Virus record (IMG/VR): IMGVR_UViG_3300039344_000030
Coordinates: 1 to 48,380 of that record
Direction: 5' to 3' (one strand)
From: a virus
Length of the DNA stretch: 48,380 nucleotides
The notes under the pieces are model-generated. The model was not told the DNA's origin and ran no database searches. It saw only the letters and a program-made list of their open reading frames with translations. The translations under genes and the position numbers were made by a program. Below, one piece after another: positions 15,126 through 23,235 of this stretch; the stretch's first letter is position 1; every line of letters begins with the position of its first letter.

Positions 15126-16265
15126 ATGAAAACAAGAACATTTGTAGAGGTTATCAAAAAAGACGAGGAACATGTAGTTGCTAGAACAAAAACAGATTTT
15201 GGTGTTGTTGATATTAAAAGGACATTCAGAAAACATACAAAGGAAATCAGAGAGTTAAAGAAACAGGGCATCTATTGTTTTGAAATACAGGGCATTTTAT
15301 ATTGGTACACATTCAATGAGCATGGAATTGGTACACAGTATAAAGAACCAGAGAACTTCCGAGCAGAGGATAGAACAACAGATGAACTTCGCAGAGCAGG
15401 AAGGAAAAACAAAACAGTTGTTGATGGTAGCGTAGAATTAAGAATACCAGAGGTTAAGAAGGAACAGAAGGAAGTCAAAAAGGAAGAGCCAAAAGAGGAT
15501 TGGAACAAAGAAGTAAAACACAGCAAGTTCGATATGATTAAGGCTTGTATAGAAAATGACATTCCTGTTTATCTTGCTGGACCAGCAGGAAGTGGAAAAA
15601 ACTACACACTGGAACAGATTAGTTGGGAACTTGGTTTAGAGTTTTATTTTACAAACAGTGTTCAGCAGGAATACAAACTGACAGGTTTCATTGATGCAGG
15701 TGGACAGTACCATGAAACAGAGTTCTATAAGGCATTTAAAAATGGAGGGATTTTCTTCCTCGATGAAATGGATGCAAGTATTCCAGAAGTATTGGTTTTA
15801 CTCAATGCGGCAATCGCAAACAGATATTTTGAGTTTCCAAACGGAAAAATCAAAGCACATAAGAACTTCCGAGTTGTTGCGGCAGGAAACACAGTTGGAA
15901 GTGGTGCAGATGAAATGTATACAGGACGTCTGGTATTAGACCAAGCAACACTGGACAGATTCGCAATCATTGATTTCGGTTATGACAGAAACATTGAAAT
16001 GCACATTGCAAAAGGAAACAAAGAACTTGTTGATTTTGTGGAAGCAATCAGAACAGAAGCAGAAACAAATGGGATTCGGGCAACATTCTCCTATCGTTGC
16101 ATTGGAATGGTTACGAAGTTAGAGAAAACAGGACTTGAATTAAAGAACATCCTTGCAATCGCAGTATTTAAGGGAATGGAGAAAGATACTATTAACAATT
16201 TCAGATTGTACTCACTGAACAATAAATATAAAACAGCACTGAATGAATTACAGAGGGTAGCCTAA
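15126..16265 (+). CDS. MoxR/CbbQ/CobS-like AAA+ ATPase (AAA_5 type) with a 140-aa N-terminal extension
   Basis: Walker A LAGPAGSGKN, Walker B IFFLDEMD, sensor/arginine region VVAAGNT...LDQATLDRF. ATG 15126 is 9 nt after AAGGAG. Confidence 0.75.
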   Translation: MKTRTFVEVIKKDEEHVVARTKTDFGVVDIKRTFRKHTKEIRELKKQGIYCFEIQGILYWYTFNEHGIGTQYKEPENFRAEDRTTDELRRAGRKNKTVVDGSVELRIPEVKKEQKEVKKEEPKEDWNKEVKHSKFDMIKACIENDIPVYLAGPAGSGKNYTLEQISWELGLEFYFTNSVQQEYKLTGFIDAGGQYHETEFYKAFKNGGIFFLDEMDASIPEVLVLLNAAIANRYFEFPNGKIKAHKNFRVVAAGNTVGSGADEMYTGRLVLDQATLDRFAIIDFGYDRNIEMHIAKGNKELVDFVEAIRTEAETNGIRATFSYRCIGMVTKLEKTGLELKNILAIAVFKGMEKDTINNFRLYSLNNKYKTALNELQRVA

Positions 16266-16284
16266 ACAGGCTACCTGTTCTGTT
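16255..16284 (+). terminator. Putative terminator overlapping the stop codon
   Basis: GGGTAGCC-TAAACA-GGCTACCT with a weak T-rich tail. Confidence 0.45.
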
Positions 16285-16322
16285 ATCTGGAACAAAATAA
16301 ATTGAAAAAGTTTCAAAAAGTG

Positions 16323-16351
16323 TTGACTTATAACAAAACATATGTTAATAT
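16323..16351 (+). promoter_or_regulatory. Sigma-A-type promoter
   Basis: TTGACT-17-(TGt)TAATAT. Confidence 0.55.
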
Positions 16352-16395
16352 ATAATTACAGAAAGGGAAAGCAATTATTGAAGGAGGAAAACAAA

Positions 16396-16566
16396 ATGAC
16401 AGGTAGAACAACAAAGCAGAGAATTTATAGAGGATGGAAAATAGAACAGAAGGTAAGTTGTAAATATCGTTTTACTATAACAAATGGTTCAAAAGTAATT
16501 AGAACAAACGAACCAAAGAACATTATTGAAGCAATGGACTTTGTTGACAATATGTTAGATAAATAG
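16396..16566 (+). CDS. Small hypothetical protein
   Basis: ATG 16396 after GAAGGAGGA. Confidence 0.55.
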   Translation: MTGRTTKQRIYRGWKIEQKVSCKYRFTITNGSKVIRTNEPKNIIEAMDFVDNMLDK

Positions 16567-16594
16567 AGAACAAACAAGAGAAGGAGAACAAAAC

Positions 16595-16798
16595 ATGAAG
16601 GGAACAGTTAAAACAATAACAATGAATAAAGGAACAAGAACATTTAAGGTATGGTCAGATTTTATCATGCGTTGTACTTATGCGGAAGATGAAAATGGAG
16701 AAGTAAAGTGCATACATGGTTCTGGTTATTTAAACAATGAACTTTCTATCCGCAAAGCAATTGCAAACAGGTTTGGTTTGGAAAGTTTTAGAAAATAA
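16595..16798 (+). CDS. Small hypothetical protein
   Basis: SD GAAGGAG, 67 aa. Confidence 0.55.
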   Translation: MKGTVKTITMNKGTRTFKVWSDFIMRCTYAEDENGEVKCIHGSGYLNNELSIRKAIANRFGLESFRK

Positions 16799-16811
16799 AA
16801 CAAGAAATGTG

Positions 16812-16840
16812 TTGACAAACAGAACAAAGTGATGTATAAT
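16812..16840 (+). promoter_or_regulatory. Sigma-A-type promoter
   Basis: TTGACA-17-(TG)TATAAT. Confidence 0.7.
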
Positions 16841-16891
16841 AAAGTCATAAGGTAAAGGAAAGAAAGCAAACCAATGAAGGAGGACAATAAA

Positions 16892-17359
16892 ATGGCAAAC
16901 ACAATGGTAGAAAGAACCATGCAGACAGAACTTGGAAATGGAACATACATTAGTACAGTAATGTTTACAGATATTGGTGTATATGAAACAATGGTGTTTG
17001 AAAACAAAGACAACATGGAAGAGTTGGAATGTTATAGAACATCAGAGTATGCAGAAGCAATGGAAATGCACATGGCATTTGTTAGGGAATACCTCAACAG
17101 AACAGAAGAAGAAACAACAGAAGAACAGCCTACCAGTTTTGTTGTTGGTGGAGTATATGAAACTCCTTCCATTTGTAACAGCGATTGTATTTTCTCCTAT
17201 CGTGTGGAAAAGGTAACAGCCAAGACAGTTGTGATTGCAGATAAGTTTGGAAAAACAAAAAGGTGCAAGATTCACAATGATGGAAGTGTACCATACATCT
17301 TTCCAGAAGGACAGTACAGCATGTGTCCGATTATCGAAACAACAGACATTGTGAGATAG
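16892..17359 (+). CDS. Hypothetical protein
   Basis: ATG 16892 after GAAGGAGG. Confidence 0.6.
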   Translation: MANTMVERTMQTELGNGTYISTVMFTDIGVYETMVFENKDNMEELECYRTSEYAEAMEMHMAFVREYLNRTEEETTEEQPTSFVVGGVYETPSICNSDCIFSYRVEKVTAKTVVIADKFGKTKRCKIHNDGSVPYIFPEGQYSMCPIIETTDIVR

Positions 17360-17375
17360 GAAGGAGGGGAACAGG

Positions 17376-17687
17376 GTGTATAGATTCCCTGTCTATTGGA
17401 CAGATAAACTAAAGATAGATTTTTTACAGAGAGTTATCCTCATACATAGTTATTTGTATTATGAAGCAAACAACAGTATATGGAGCGATAAGAAGTATGA
17501 CGAAGTTGCAAGACAACTTACAGACATGCAAGAGGAACACATAACAAAGTGGATAAAGAACAAAACACAATATGGTTATTGTTTTTATGACTTTGATGGA
17601 ACAACAGGGTTTGACCTATGGGATAGGTTGAAAGAAAAAGACAAACAGTATATTTCAAATATAGCAGAAAAGTTGGTGAAAAGATGA
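17376..17687 (+). CDS. Small protein with a motif like NAD-dependent ligase subdomain Ia
   Basis: GTG start after GGAAGGAGGGG. LIHSYLYYEANNSIWSDKKYDEVARQL resembles LigA L-x-H-x-YLY...I-x-D-x-x-YD...L. Confidence 0.5.
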   Translation: MYRFPVYWTDKLKIDFLQRVILIHSYLYYEANNSIWSDKKYDEVARQLTDMQEEHITKWIKNKTQYGYCFYDFDGTTGFDLWDRLKEKDKQYISNIAEKLVKR

Positions 17688-17980
17688 ACAAATGCGTTGA
17701 CAGCGAACAGATAGACAGTTATAATGAACTTGAGCAAATGCTAAAGGAACGGTGCATTTCAGATGATATGGCAGATGCGTTGAGGATGTTTGCACAAGCG
17801 GCAGTTGATACAGCGGACACGTTGAAAAGATTTGCAGAGTTATGTTCCACACAGATAGAAGAAGGGAAAGAGATTGCAATATTAGAACAAAGAAAGAAGC
17901 ATTGCAAGAACTATCTGGAATTAAAACAAATAAACAGAAGGTTGAACATATTAAAGTTCAAACAAAATAAAAGGAGGTAA
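17684..17980 (+). CDS. Hypothetical protein
   Basis: ATGA overlap with the preceding gene, 98 aa. Confidence 0.55.
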   Translation: MNKCVDSEQIDSYNELEQMLKERCISDDMADALRMFAQAAVDTADTLKRFAELCSTQIEEGKEIAILEQRKKHCKNYLELKQINRRLNILKFKQNKRR

Positions 17981-17984
17981 CAGA

Positions 17985-18089
17985 GTGTACATATCAGAGT
18001 TTACATGCGGATTTGTTGTTTGTATTTTGTTAGAGGTTGCAGGGGTGATTGTGTATGCAATCTATGACAACTGGAAAAAGAAGCACTAA
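17985..18089 (+). CDS. Small membrane peptide (34 aa)
   Basis: GTG 5 nt after AAGGAGG. Hydrophobic core [21 protein letters not shown]. Confidence 0.4.
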   Translation: MYISEFTCGFVVCILLEVAGVIVYAIYDNWKKKH

Positions 18090-18111
18090 ACCGTTGGAAG
18101 GGGTGAAAGAT

Positions 18112-18249
18112 ATGCCGTTAAAGAAAGGGCGTAGCAAATGGACAATAGCGAGGAATATCAGCACCTTAATGAAAGAGGGTAGACCACAGAATCAAGCGGT
18201 TGCGATTGCGCTAAGTCTTGCAGGAAAGTCAAGAAAGAAAAGGAAGTGA
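18112..18249 (+). CDS. Small basic protein (45 aa)
   Basis: ATG 18112 after GGAAGGGGTGA. Peptide ...[35 protein letters not shown].... Confidence 0.5.
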   Translation: MPLKKGRSKWTIARNISTLMKEGRPQNQAVAIALSLAGKSRKKRK

Positions 18250-18253
18250 AACA

Positions 18254-18442
18254 ATGTCCATACAGGAATATGTAAGAAGTTATACTTCCCAAGTAAGCGA
18301 ACAGGAAACAATGTTCCGAGACTTGTTCGGGAAAGAAGAACTTGAAGAAGTAAGAAAGAAGGGCTTTACACAGAGCAAACCCTATTTACAATATCTGAAA
18401 GAAGAAACAGAAAGAAAGTTGAGGGAGCAGGATGGTAATTAG
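18254..18442 (+). CDS. Small hypothetical protein
   Basis: ATG 18254 after AAGGAAGTGA. Confidence 0.5.
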   Translation: MSIQEYVRSYTSQVSEQETMFRDLFGKEELEEVRKKGFTQSKPYLQYLKEETERKLREQDGN

Positions 18443-18929
18443 AAAACAATACAACATCGGACAGTTAGCAGAACAGTTACAGACAGAGGTTGAGAAGTCA
18501 AAGAAATACAACGGAGTGGTGAAACTGGACATCTTAACAGCAAACAATATTCTGGATGTTTTGAATGAAACAAACAGAAGGGAGCAGAAACATCAGACAT
18601 TAGAAAGCGCATTGACCTTTATTGAAAAAGAGGACGGAACACAGACAAACCTCATGGAAGAACATAACAAAAAACCAGAATGTTTTGGAATGTATTATAC
18701 AAATTGTAAGCAATGCGATAACATAGATTGCAAGGTACGCACCGATTGTATATCTGAAACGAAGTGCAACAAAAGGAAGTCGAGAAAAGATAGTATAACA
18801 GAACAGAAAACAGAACATTGTGGTTGTTTTGGAAAATATGACGAGGACGATTTAGATTGTTTGATGTGCCCATGTGGTGATAAGTGTTTGAAGGAGACAA
18901 AAGAAGCAGAGGGTAAAACAAATGAATAA
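18432..18929 (+). CDS. Hypothetical protein with Cys-rich C-terminal half
   Basis: 165-aa ORF. Multiple CxxC-like pairs (CKQCDNIDC, CLMCPCGDKC). Confidence 0.6.
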   Translation: MVIRKQYNIGQLAEQLQTEVEKSKKYNGVVKLDILTANNILDVLNETNRREQKHQTLESALTFIEKEDGTQTNLMEEHNKKPECFGMYYTNCKQCDNIDCKVRTDCISETKCNKRKSRKDSITEQKTEHCGCFGKYDEDDLDCLMCPCGDKCLKETKEAEGKTNE

Positions 18930-19512
18930 GCGTTCAACAAAGTTCTATCGAAAAAACGAAGCAGAGGTTATGAAGCGGCTCGGATTCAAGCCGACAAAGA
19001 ACAGCGGTGCAGGATGGATTGAGAAAGAGGATGGACAGAATGAACAGTGTATCTGTCAGTTAAAATCTACGGACAAGCAGAGCATCAGCATCAAACAGAA
19101 TGATATTCATATACTCGAACAAAATGCGGCTGTGGCTCATAAACTGCCCGTATTTGCCTTACAGTTCCTTAACACTGGCGAAGTATGGGTGATGATAAGA
19201 CCAGAGGATTTAGGGCTAATACAGAGCCTTGTGGCTGGTGAAGATATTTCCGAACAATTGAATGTCAATGAAGATTTGTTTTGCGGAACAGATTTAGGGG
19301 TTGACAATGGAGATGAAACAAGTTATAATGTATTTGTAGGCGGTAGGAACGCAGGAAAATCCTACCTCGCTCGGCAAGCCTACATGAAACAGAAAGGGAA
19401 GGAACGAGAACAGCAAGAACAAGAGTTCAAACAAAGAATGAAAGAGAAAAACAGAGAAAGGAGAAAACAGGTTGGAAAAGAAATTCAAACAAAAGGGCAT
19501 TGCAACCTTTGA
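18922..19512 (+). CDS. PD-(D/E)XK-like nuclease (Hjc/RecU-type resolvase-like N-terminal domain) with basic tail
   Basis: Pattern E..V...LGF.....SGAG..EKED......CQLKST typical of small PD-(D/E)XK endonucleases. Confidence 0.4.
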   Translation: MNKRSTKFYRKNEAEVMKRLGFKPTKNSGAGWIEKEDGQNEQCICQLKSTDKQSISIKQNDIHILEQNAAVAHKLPVFALQFLNTGEVWVMIRPEDLGLIQSLVAGEDISEQLNVNEDLFCGTDLGVDNGDETSYNVFVGGRNAGKSYLARQAYMKQKGKEREQQEQEFKQRMKEKNRERRKQVGKEIQTKGHCNL

Positions 19513-19858
19513 AGGGTTGAGCATTGGAAAGAACAGAACAGTACAAGTGAAGTTCAAACTCCGATATGACGAAATCCTAACAAGTGTTGAATTGTTACAG
19601 GGGTTAAACAATGACATTACGGTTCATGCAAAAACAGCAACAAGCAACCCAATGAGTTTGGGCATCTTCACCATAGGTTCTGTCAATTTTGACAAGGATG
19701 GAAATGCAACAATACCATTCAAGTCATTAGTGGACAATGTGAATCTTGATAACATTTGTGCTTTGGTGGATGAAGATTATATCCAGTTACGATTCCAAGC
19801 AATCATTGAACTCCCCGACAATAGCGAAGAAGGGGGTGCAGGAGAATGGGAAGATTAA
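19472..19858 (+). CDS. Hypothetical protein ending in acidic-aromatic tail GEWED
   Basis: TTG start 7 nt after AAAGGAG. Confidence 0.5.
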   Translation: MEKKFKQKGIATFEGLSIGKNRTVQVKFKLRYDEILTSVELLQGLNNDITVHAKTATSNPMSLGIFTIGSVNFDKDGNATIPFKSLVDNVNLDNICALVDEDYIQLRFQAIIELPDNSEEGGAGEWED

Positions 19859-20133
19859 CTTACAAAGAACTGTCAAAACAGAAGTTCAAGGAACAGCGCA
19901 ATGTTGTGATTTCAGAAGCATTTGACAGAGACAACAATCCTCTTGGGTATTCCATTGCGGAACAGTTGATAACAGAAGAAGATGGGAAAGAAATCAAAGT
20001 GTTCCTTAAAGGAGGGCTTGGCATTGTGGACGAAAAAGGTTTGTTACAGTTAAAAGAAGCAGTTGACAATGCTTGTATCAAGTTAGGATTGATTACCGTT
20101 TGCGATTGTGAATGTTGCGAAGGGGAAAAATAA
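19846..20133 (+). CDS. Hypothetical protein
   Basis: 95-aa ORF overlapping the preceding stop. Confidence 0.55.
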   Translation: MGRLTYKELSKQKFKEQRNVVISEAFDRDNNPLGYSIAEQLITEEDGKEIKVFLKGGLGIVDEKGLLQLKEAVDNACIKLGLITVCDCECCEGEK

Positions 20134-20159
20134 AAAGAAAAAAAAGTTACAAAAACGTG

Positions 20160-20188
20160 TTGACACACAGAACAAGATGTGTTAAGAT
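20160..20188 (+). promoter_or_regulatory. Sigma-A-type promoter
   Basis: TTGACA-17-TAAGAT, the same -10 variant as at 2303. Confidence 0.6.
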
Positions 20189-20316
20189 AAGAGTATCAAA
20201 GGAAGGGAAATAAAAATCCTTCTGGTGATAAATAAACAAAGAACAGCAAGAGAAGAAGGAAAGAACAAACAAGAGAAACAAAGAATCAAATTAAAAAAGA
20301 AAAGGAGAAAAACAAA

Positions 20317-20991
20317 ATGGCAAAAAATTGGATGGCGTATGAAGCCGCAGAAGCAATCATGGGTAACAACGTAGAGGAAATCGCAGAGGTAGGTAGCAGA
20401 TACCCACTGTTCACAAGAACCGTATCAATGGCAAACAGTGAGTATGTTCTTGACCTTCTGAAAGCAATCCCGAAGGTAACAGCAAGAGTTGTGGAAACAG
20501 GTCTGAAAGACATTGATGATGTGGAAACAGAAACAGAGGATGTAGAAGAGAAGGATGAAGCACCGAAGAAGTCAGCAAAGAAGGAAACAAAGGCAACACA
20601 GAAGCCGAAGTCAAAGCAGGTAGTTGAGGAAGAGGACGAAGCAGACGAAGATGATTATGAGAACATGACATCAAAGGCACTGTACAAACTGTGTTGTGAC
20701 AGAGGTATTTCCTCACAGTGCAAGAAGCGAGACAAAGCATCCCTTATCGCAGTTCTGAAAGCGAATGATGGAACAGCAAACGAGGACGAGGATGATTGGG
20801 GAGACGAGGAAGAAACAGACCCGTATGCAGGAAAATCTGCAAAAGAACTGTTCAAGATGTGTTCCGACAGAGGAATCAAAACAAAGCCGAAACAGTCCGC
20901 AGATGCTTATGTGAAACTTCTGAAAAAGGCAGACGAAGCAGAAGCCGAAACAGAGGATGAAGAGGATGACGATGATGATTGGGAAATCTAA
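20317..20991 (+). CDS. Highly acidic protein with two HeH/SAP-like motifs and a DDDDDWEI tail
   Basis: MTSKALYKLCCDRGI... and KSAKELFKMCSDRGIKTKPK.... The C-terminal 70 aa parallels the C-terminus of the 5717..6547 product. Confidence 0.7.
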   Translation: MAKNWMAYEAAEAIMGNNVEEIAEVGSRYPLFTRTVSMANSEYVLDLLKAIPKVTARVVETGLKDIDDVETETEDVEEKDEAPKKSAKKETKATQKPKSKQVVEEEDEADEDDYENMTSKALYKLCCDRGISSQCKKRDKASLIAVLKANDGTANEDEDDWGDEEETDPYAGKSAKELFKMCSDRGIKTKPKQSADAYVKLLKKADEAEAETEDEEDDDDDWEI

Positions 20992-21029
20992 TCCGACATA
21001 ACATAACAAAATAATGAAATGATAACAAA

Positions 21030-21067
21030 GGCAGGGAGGTAGGAACAATGCTTCTCTGCCTTTCTTT
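21030..21067 (+). terminator. Rho-independent terminator
   Basis: GGCAGGGAGG / CTTCTCTGCC stem followed by TTTCTTTAT. Confidence 0.55.
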
Positions 21068-21087
21068 ATGGATTGGAGGATTGAACA

Positions 21088-21462
21088 TTGAAAACAGACG
21101 ACATCATCATGTTAGATTGCAAGAAGGAAGGAAACAGAGAGTTAATAAACAAGTTCCTTTGGAAAGTAAAACCATGTGCTAAGATTCTGGAAAAGAACCA
21201 TTACACAAGAACAGAGATAGCACCGATTGAATTATTGGAACAGGTGTTGCATGGATTGTGTGAACGATACCCATATAAATTACAACAGATATGGACATAC
21301 AGCGAAGAAAAGAAATTCAAGTTTTACCACATGGGCGTAATTCATGTTACAGATACTTATGAGTGGTTAGGAGATGTGAATGGCGTAACATTGTGGGAAG
21401 TTGTTGCAAAGGCAATTATCAAGATTTATGCGGATTTGAAGAAGGAGAAAACAGAACAATGA
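21088..21462 (+). CDS. Hypothetical protein
   Basis: TTG start after GGAGGA, 124 aa. Confidence 0.5.
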   Translation: MKTDDIIMLDCKKEGNRELINKFLWKVKPCAKILEKNHYTRTEIAPIELLEQVLHGLCERYPYKLQQIWTYSEEKKFKFYHMGVIHVTDTYEWLGDVNGVTLWEVVAKAIIKIYADLKKEKTEQ

Positions 21463-21926
21463 AACAAATAACATTCTATACAGATGGTGCTTGCAGTGGA
21501 AACCCCGGCGAGGGTGGTTGGGCATATGTAGAAGTCATTCCATGTAGTAATGGAATAAAAACAAATGTGGTAACAGGAAACAAGAAACAGACGACAAACA
21601 ATGAGATGGAACTGACAGCAGTGTATATGGCGTTAGTAAAAGCCTTGAAGAACAAAACAAAACAGGTCACAGTATATTGCGACAGTGCTTATGTTGTGAA
21701 CGCTATTACAAAAGGGTGGTTACAGAACTGGCATAACAATGGTTGGGTAACGAAAGAAGGAAAACCTATAAAAAACAAACATATATGGGAAAAGATGTAT
21801 TTGCTTGTATATGAAAAGAAGATGAACATAACAATGGTAAAGGTCAAAGGACACAAGGGCGACCCCTTAAATGAACTTGCAGACAAAAGTGCAGTAGAAG
21901 CAAAACAAAGAATCATGGAGGGGTAA
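21459..21926 (+). CDS. rnhA: Ribonuclease HI
   Basis: MKQITFYTDGACSGNPGEGGWAYV...NNEMELTAV...DSAYV...GHKGDPLNELADKSA. ATGA overlap with the upstream gene. The track start 21363 is an artefactual extension. Confidence 0.85.
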   Translation: MKQITFYTDGACSGNPGEGGWAYVEVIPCSNGIKTNVVTGNKKQTTNNEMELTAVYMALVKALKNKTKQVTVYCDSAYVVNAITKGWLQNWHNNGWVTKEGKPIKNKHIWEKMYLLVYEKKMNITMVKVKGHKGDPLNELADKSAVEAKQRIMEG

Positions 21927-21930
21927 GACA

Positions 21931-22299
21931 ATGTTGATAGCAGAGAAGATATTGGAGAAAGATTTTCAAGGGAAAACAACAAAAGAAGCGTATTTGAATT
22001 GTTGCAAATGGTTATCTACAAATGTGATTGCTGTGAACAATTCAAAACATATTACATACAGAACAGAGAAGGTTGAAACAGACGATTGGAACAGAACAGT
22101 AAGATTGACATTATATGTAACAGCAGATGAAGAGGAAATATGCGAACGGAACTGTAATATCTGTAAAGAAGTAACAGGCAGTTTCTTTATGACGCAAAAC
22201 AAATATATGTGTGAGGTGTGCAAAGTGCCACCATACAGAAAGAGGTTAAAGGATAAGTTGCACTTAATCAAAGAAGGATTGAAAGGAAAGATATTGTAA
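21931..22299 (+). CDS. Hypothetical protein with CxxC pairs
   Basis: SD GGAGGGG, motifs CERNCNIC...CEVC. Confidence 0.55.
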   Translation: MLIAEKILEKDFQGKTTKEAYLNCCKWLSTNVIAVNNSKHITYRTEKVETDDWNRTVRLTLYVTADEEEICERNCNICKEVTGSFFMTQNKYMCEVCKVPPYRKRLKDKLHLIKEGLKGKIL

Positions 22300-22709
22300 T
22301 GAGAAAGAGCAGAACAAAGAATAGAGGAAGAAAAGGAAACAGCATATTGATTGTGTTGTTACAAACATTCGGGGAATTGTTAGCAACCTTTAAATACGGA
22401 CTAATTGAAGAATTAGACAAGGTTGCGGTAGTGTTACAGATATTGATACCGATTGTGATTGCTAGGACGGATTTAAGCACTCCTAAGATGTTGCTAGTGT
22501 CGTGTGTTCTGGTGGTATGTGTAAAGTACATTCGGGAAGTAGGGTACAAACTGAATCATGTAACAGAGAGAGGGTTTCCGATTCCATTACAGAGATTTAC
22601 GGACAGAGACGAGAATGGGTTCATTAGCATAAAGGAAGAAGAAACACAAGAAGCAATGCTTTATTTGTGTGATGTAGAGGACTATTTAAAAAGCAAAGGT
22701 TGGTTATAG
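22299..22709 (+). CDS. Membrane protein, unknown function
   Basis: TAATG overlap. Hydrophobic segments ILIVLLQTF, VVLQILIPIVIA, LLVSCVLVVCV. Confidence 0.55.
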   Translation: MRKSRTKNRGRKGNSILIVLLQTFGELLATFKYGLIEELDKVAVVLQILIPIVIARTDLSTPKMLLVSCVLVVCVKYIREVGYKLNHVTERGFPIPLQRFTDRDENGFISIKEEETQEAMLYLCDVEDYLKSKGWL

Positions 22710-22712
22710 TAT

Positions 22713-22877
22713 ATGAGTTATGCACCATGCAAGGGATGTGGAAGAAGGACAGTAAAATGCCATGCAGAATGTGAGGAATACAGAAAGTTCCAAGAAGAAA
22801 ATGAGAGGATAAAGGGAAACAGGAAGAAGGACACCATCAGCCGTTCTACCATATTCAGAGCAAATTATCATAGTTAA
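22713..22877 (+). CDS. Small Cys-rich protein (54 aa)
   Basis: MSYAPCKGCGRRTVKCHAECEEYRKF.... Weak SD. Below the track cutoff. Confidence 0.45.
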   Translation: MSYAPCKGCGRRTVKCHAECEEYRKFQEENERIKGNRKKDTISRSTIFRANYHS

Positions 22878-22880
22878 GTG

Positions 22881-22915
22881 TTGACAATCCAAACAAACTC
22901 TGTTATAATAGAATC
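22881..22915 (+). promoter_or_regulatory. Consensus sigma-A promoter driving the non-coding unit
   Basis: TTGACA-17-(TGt)TATAAT then AGAATC. Confidence 0.75.
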
Positions 22916-23195
22916 AAAAGAAGGAGTTGTGCTTGGATTGGCACAAGTAAGTGGTAGCCTTAAATGGAAATGCCTACCAATAAAATAAATTATCACGTTG
23001 CCGCTGTGGTAGCCATATATTAGTCGTGGTACAAGAAAATGTGTAAGTATATCCGTTTGACGTAACCGAGAAACGTCATGTAACTTGTAAACATATTGAT
23101 TCATAAACTAAATATTGTGATTGATTCAAGCGGCAACGTGATTCACCATATAGAGACAGTAACAGACAAGGGCAACCTTGTCTTGTTGTGTATTT
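22916..23195 (+). ncRNA. Candidate structured ncRNA or cis-regulatory leader of about 280 nt, unclassified
   Basis: No SD-preceded ORF. Hairpins at 22927-46 and 22952-79. A 14-bp long-range helix 22992-23005/23129-23142 encloses nested helices. Terminator-like hairpin 23164-23183 with a U-rich tail. Confidence 0.5.
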
Positions 23196-23235
23196 AGAGA
23201 ACAAATAATAAAACAAAAGGAGGATAAAACAGAAC

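Noticed and set aside
22921-22950. The AAGGAG at 22921 followed by TTG/GTG as the start of a leader peptide
   Set aside because: The candidate starts directly abut the SD with no spacing, or yield only 5-7 codons. The sequence instead forms the TTGTGC/GCACAA hairpin.
22916-23195. Reading the non-coding unit as a retron msr/msd, a CRISPR or solitary repeat unit, a tRNA/tmRNA or a group I intron
   Set aside because: No reverse transcriptase gene is present anywhere in the genome. There are no repeat-spacer periodicities; only a short GTGGTAGCC duplication 46 nt apart. No cloverleaf or T-loop/acceptor features are present. The region does not interrupt a gene.
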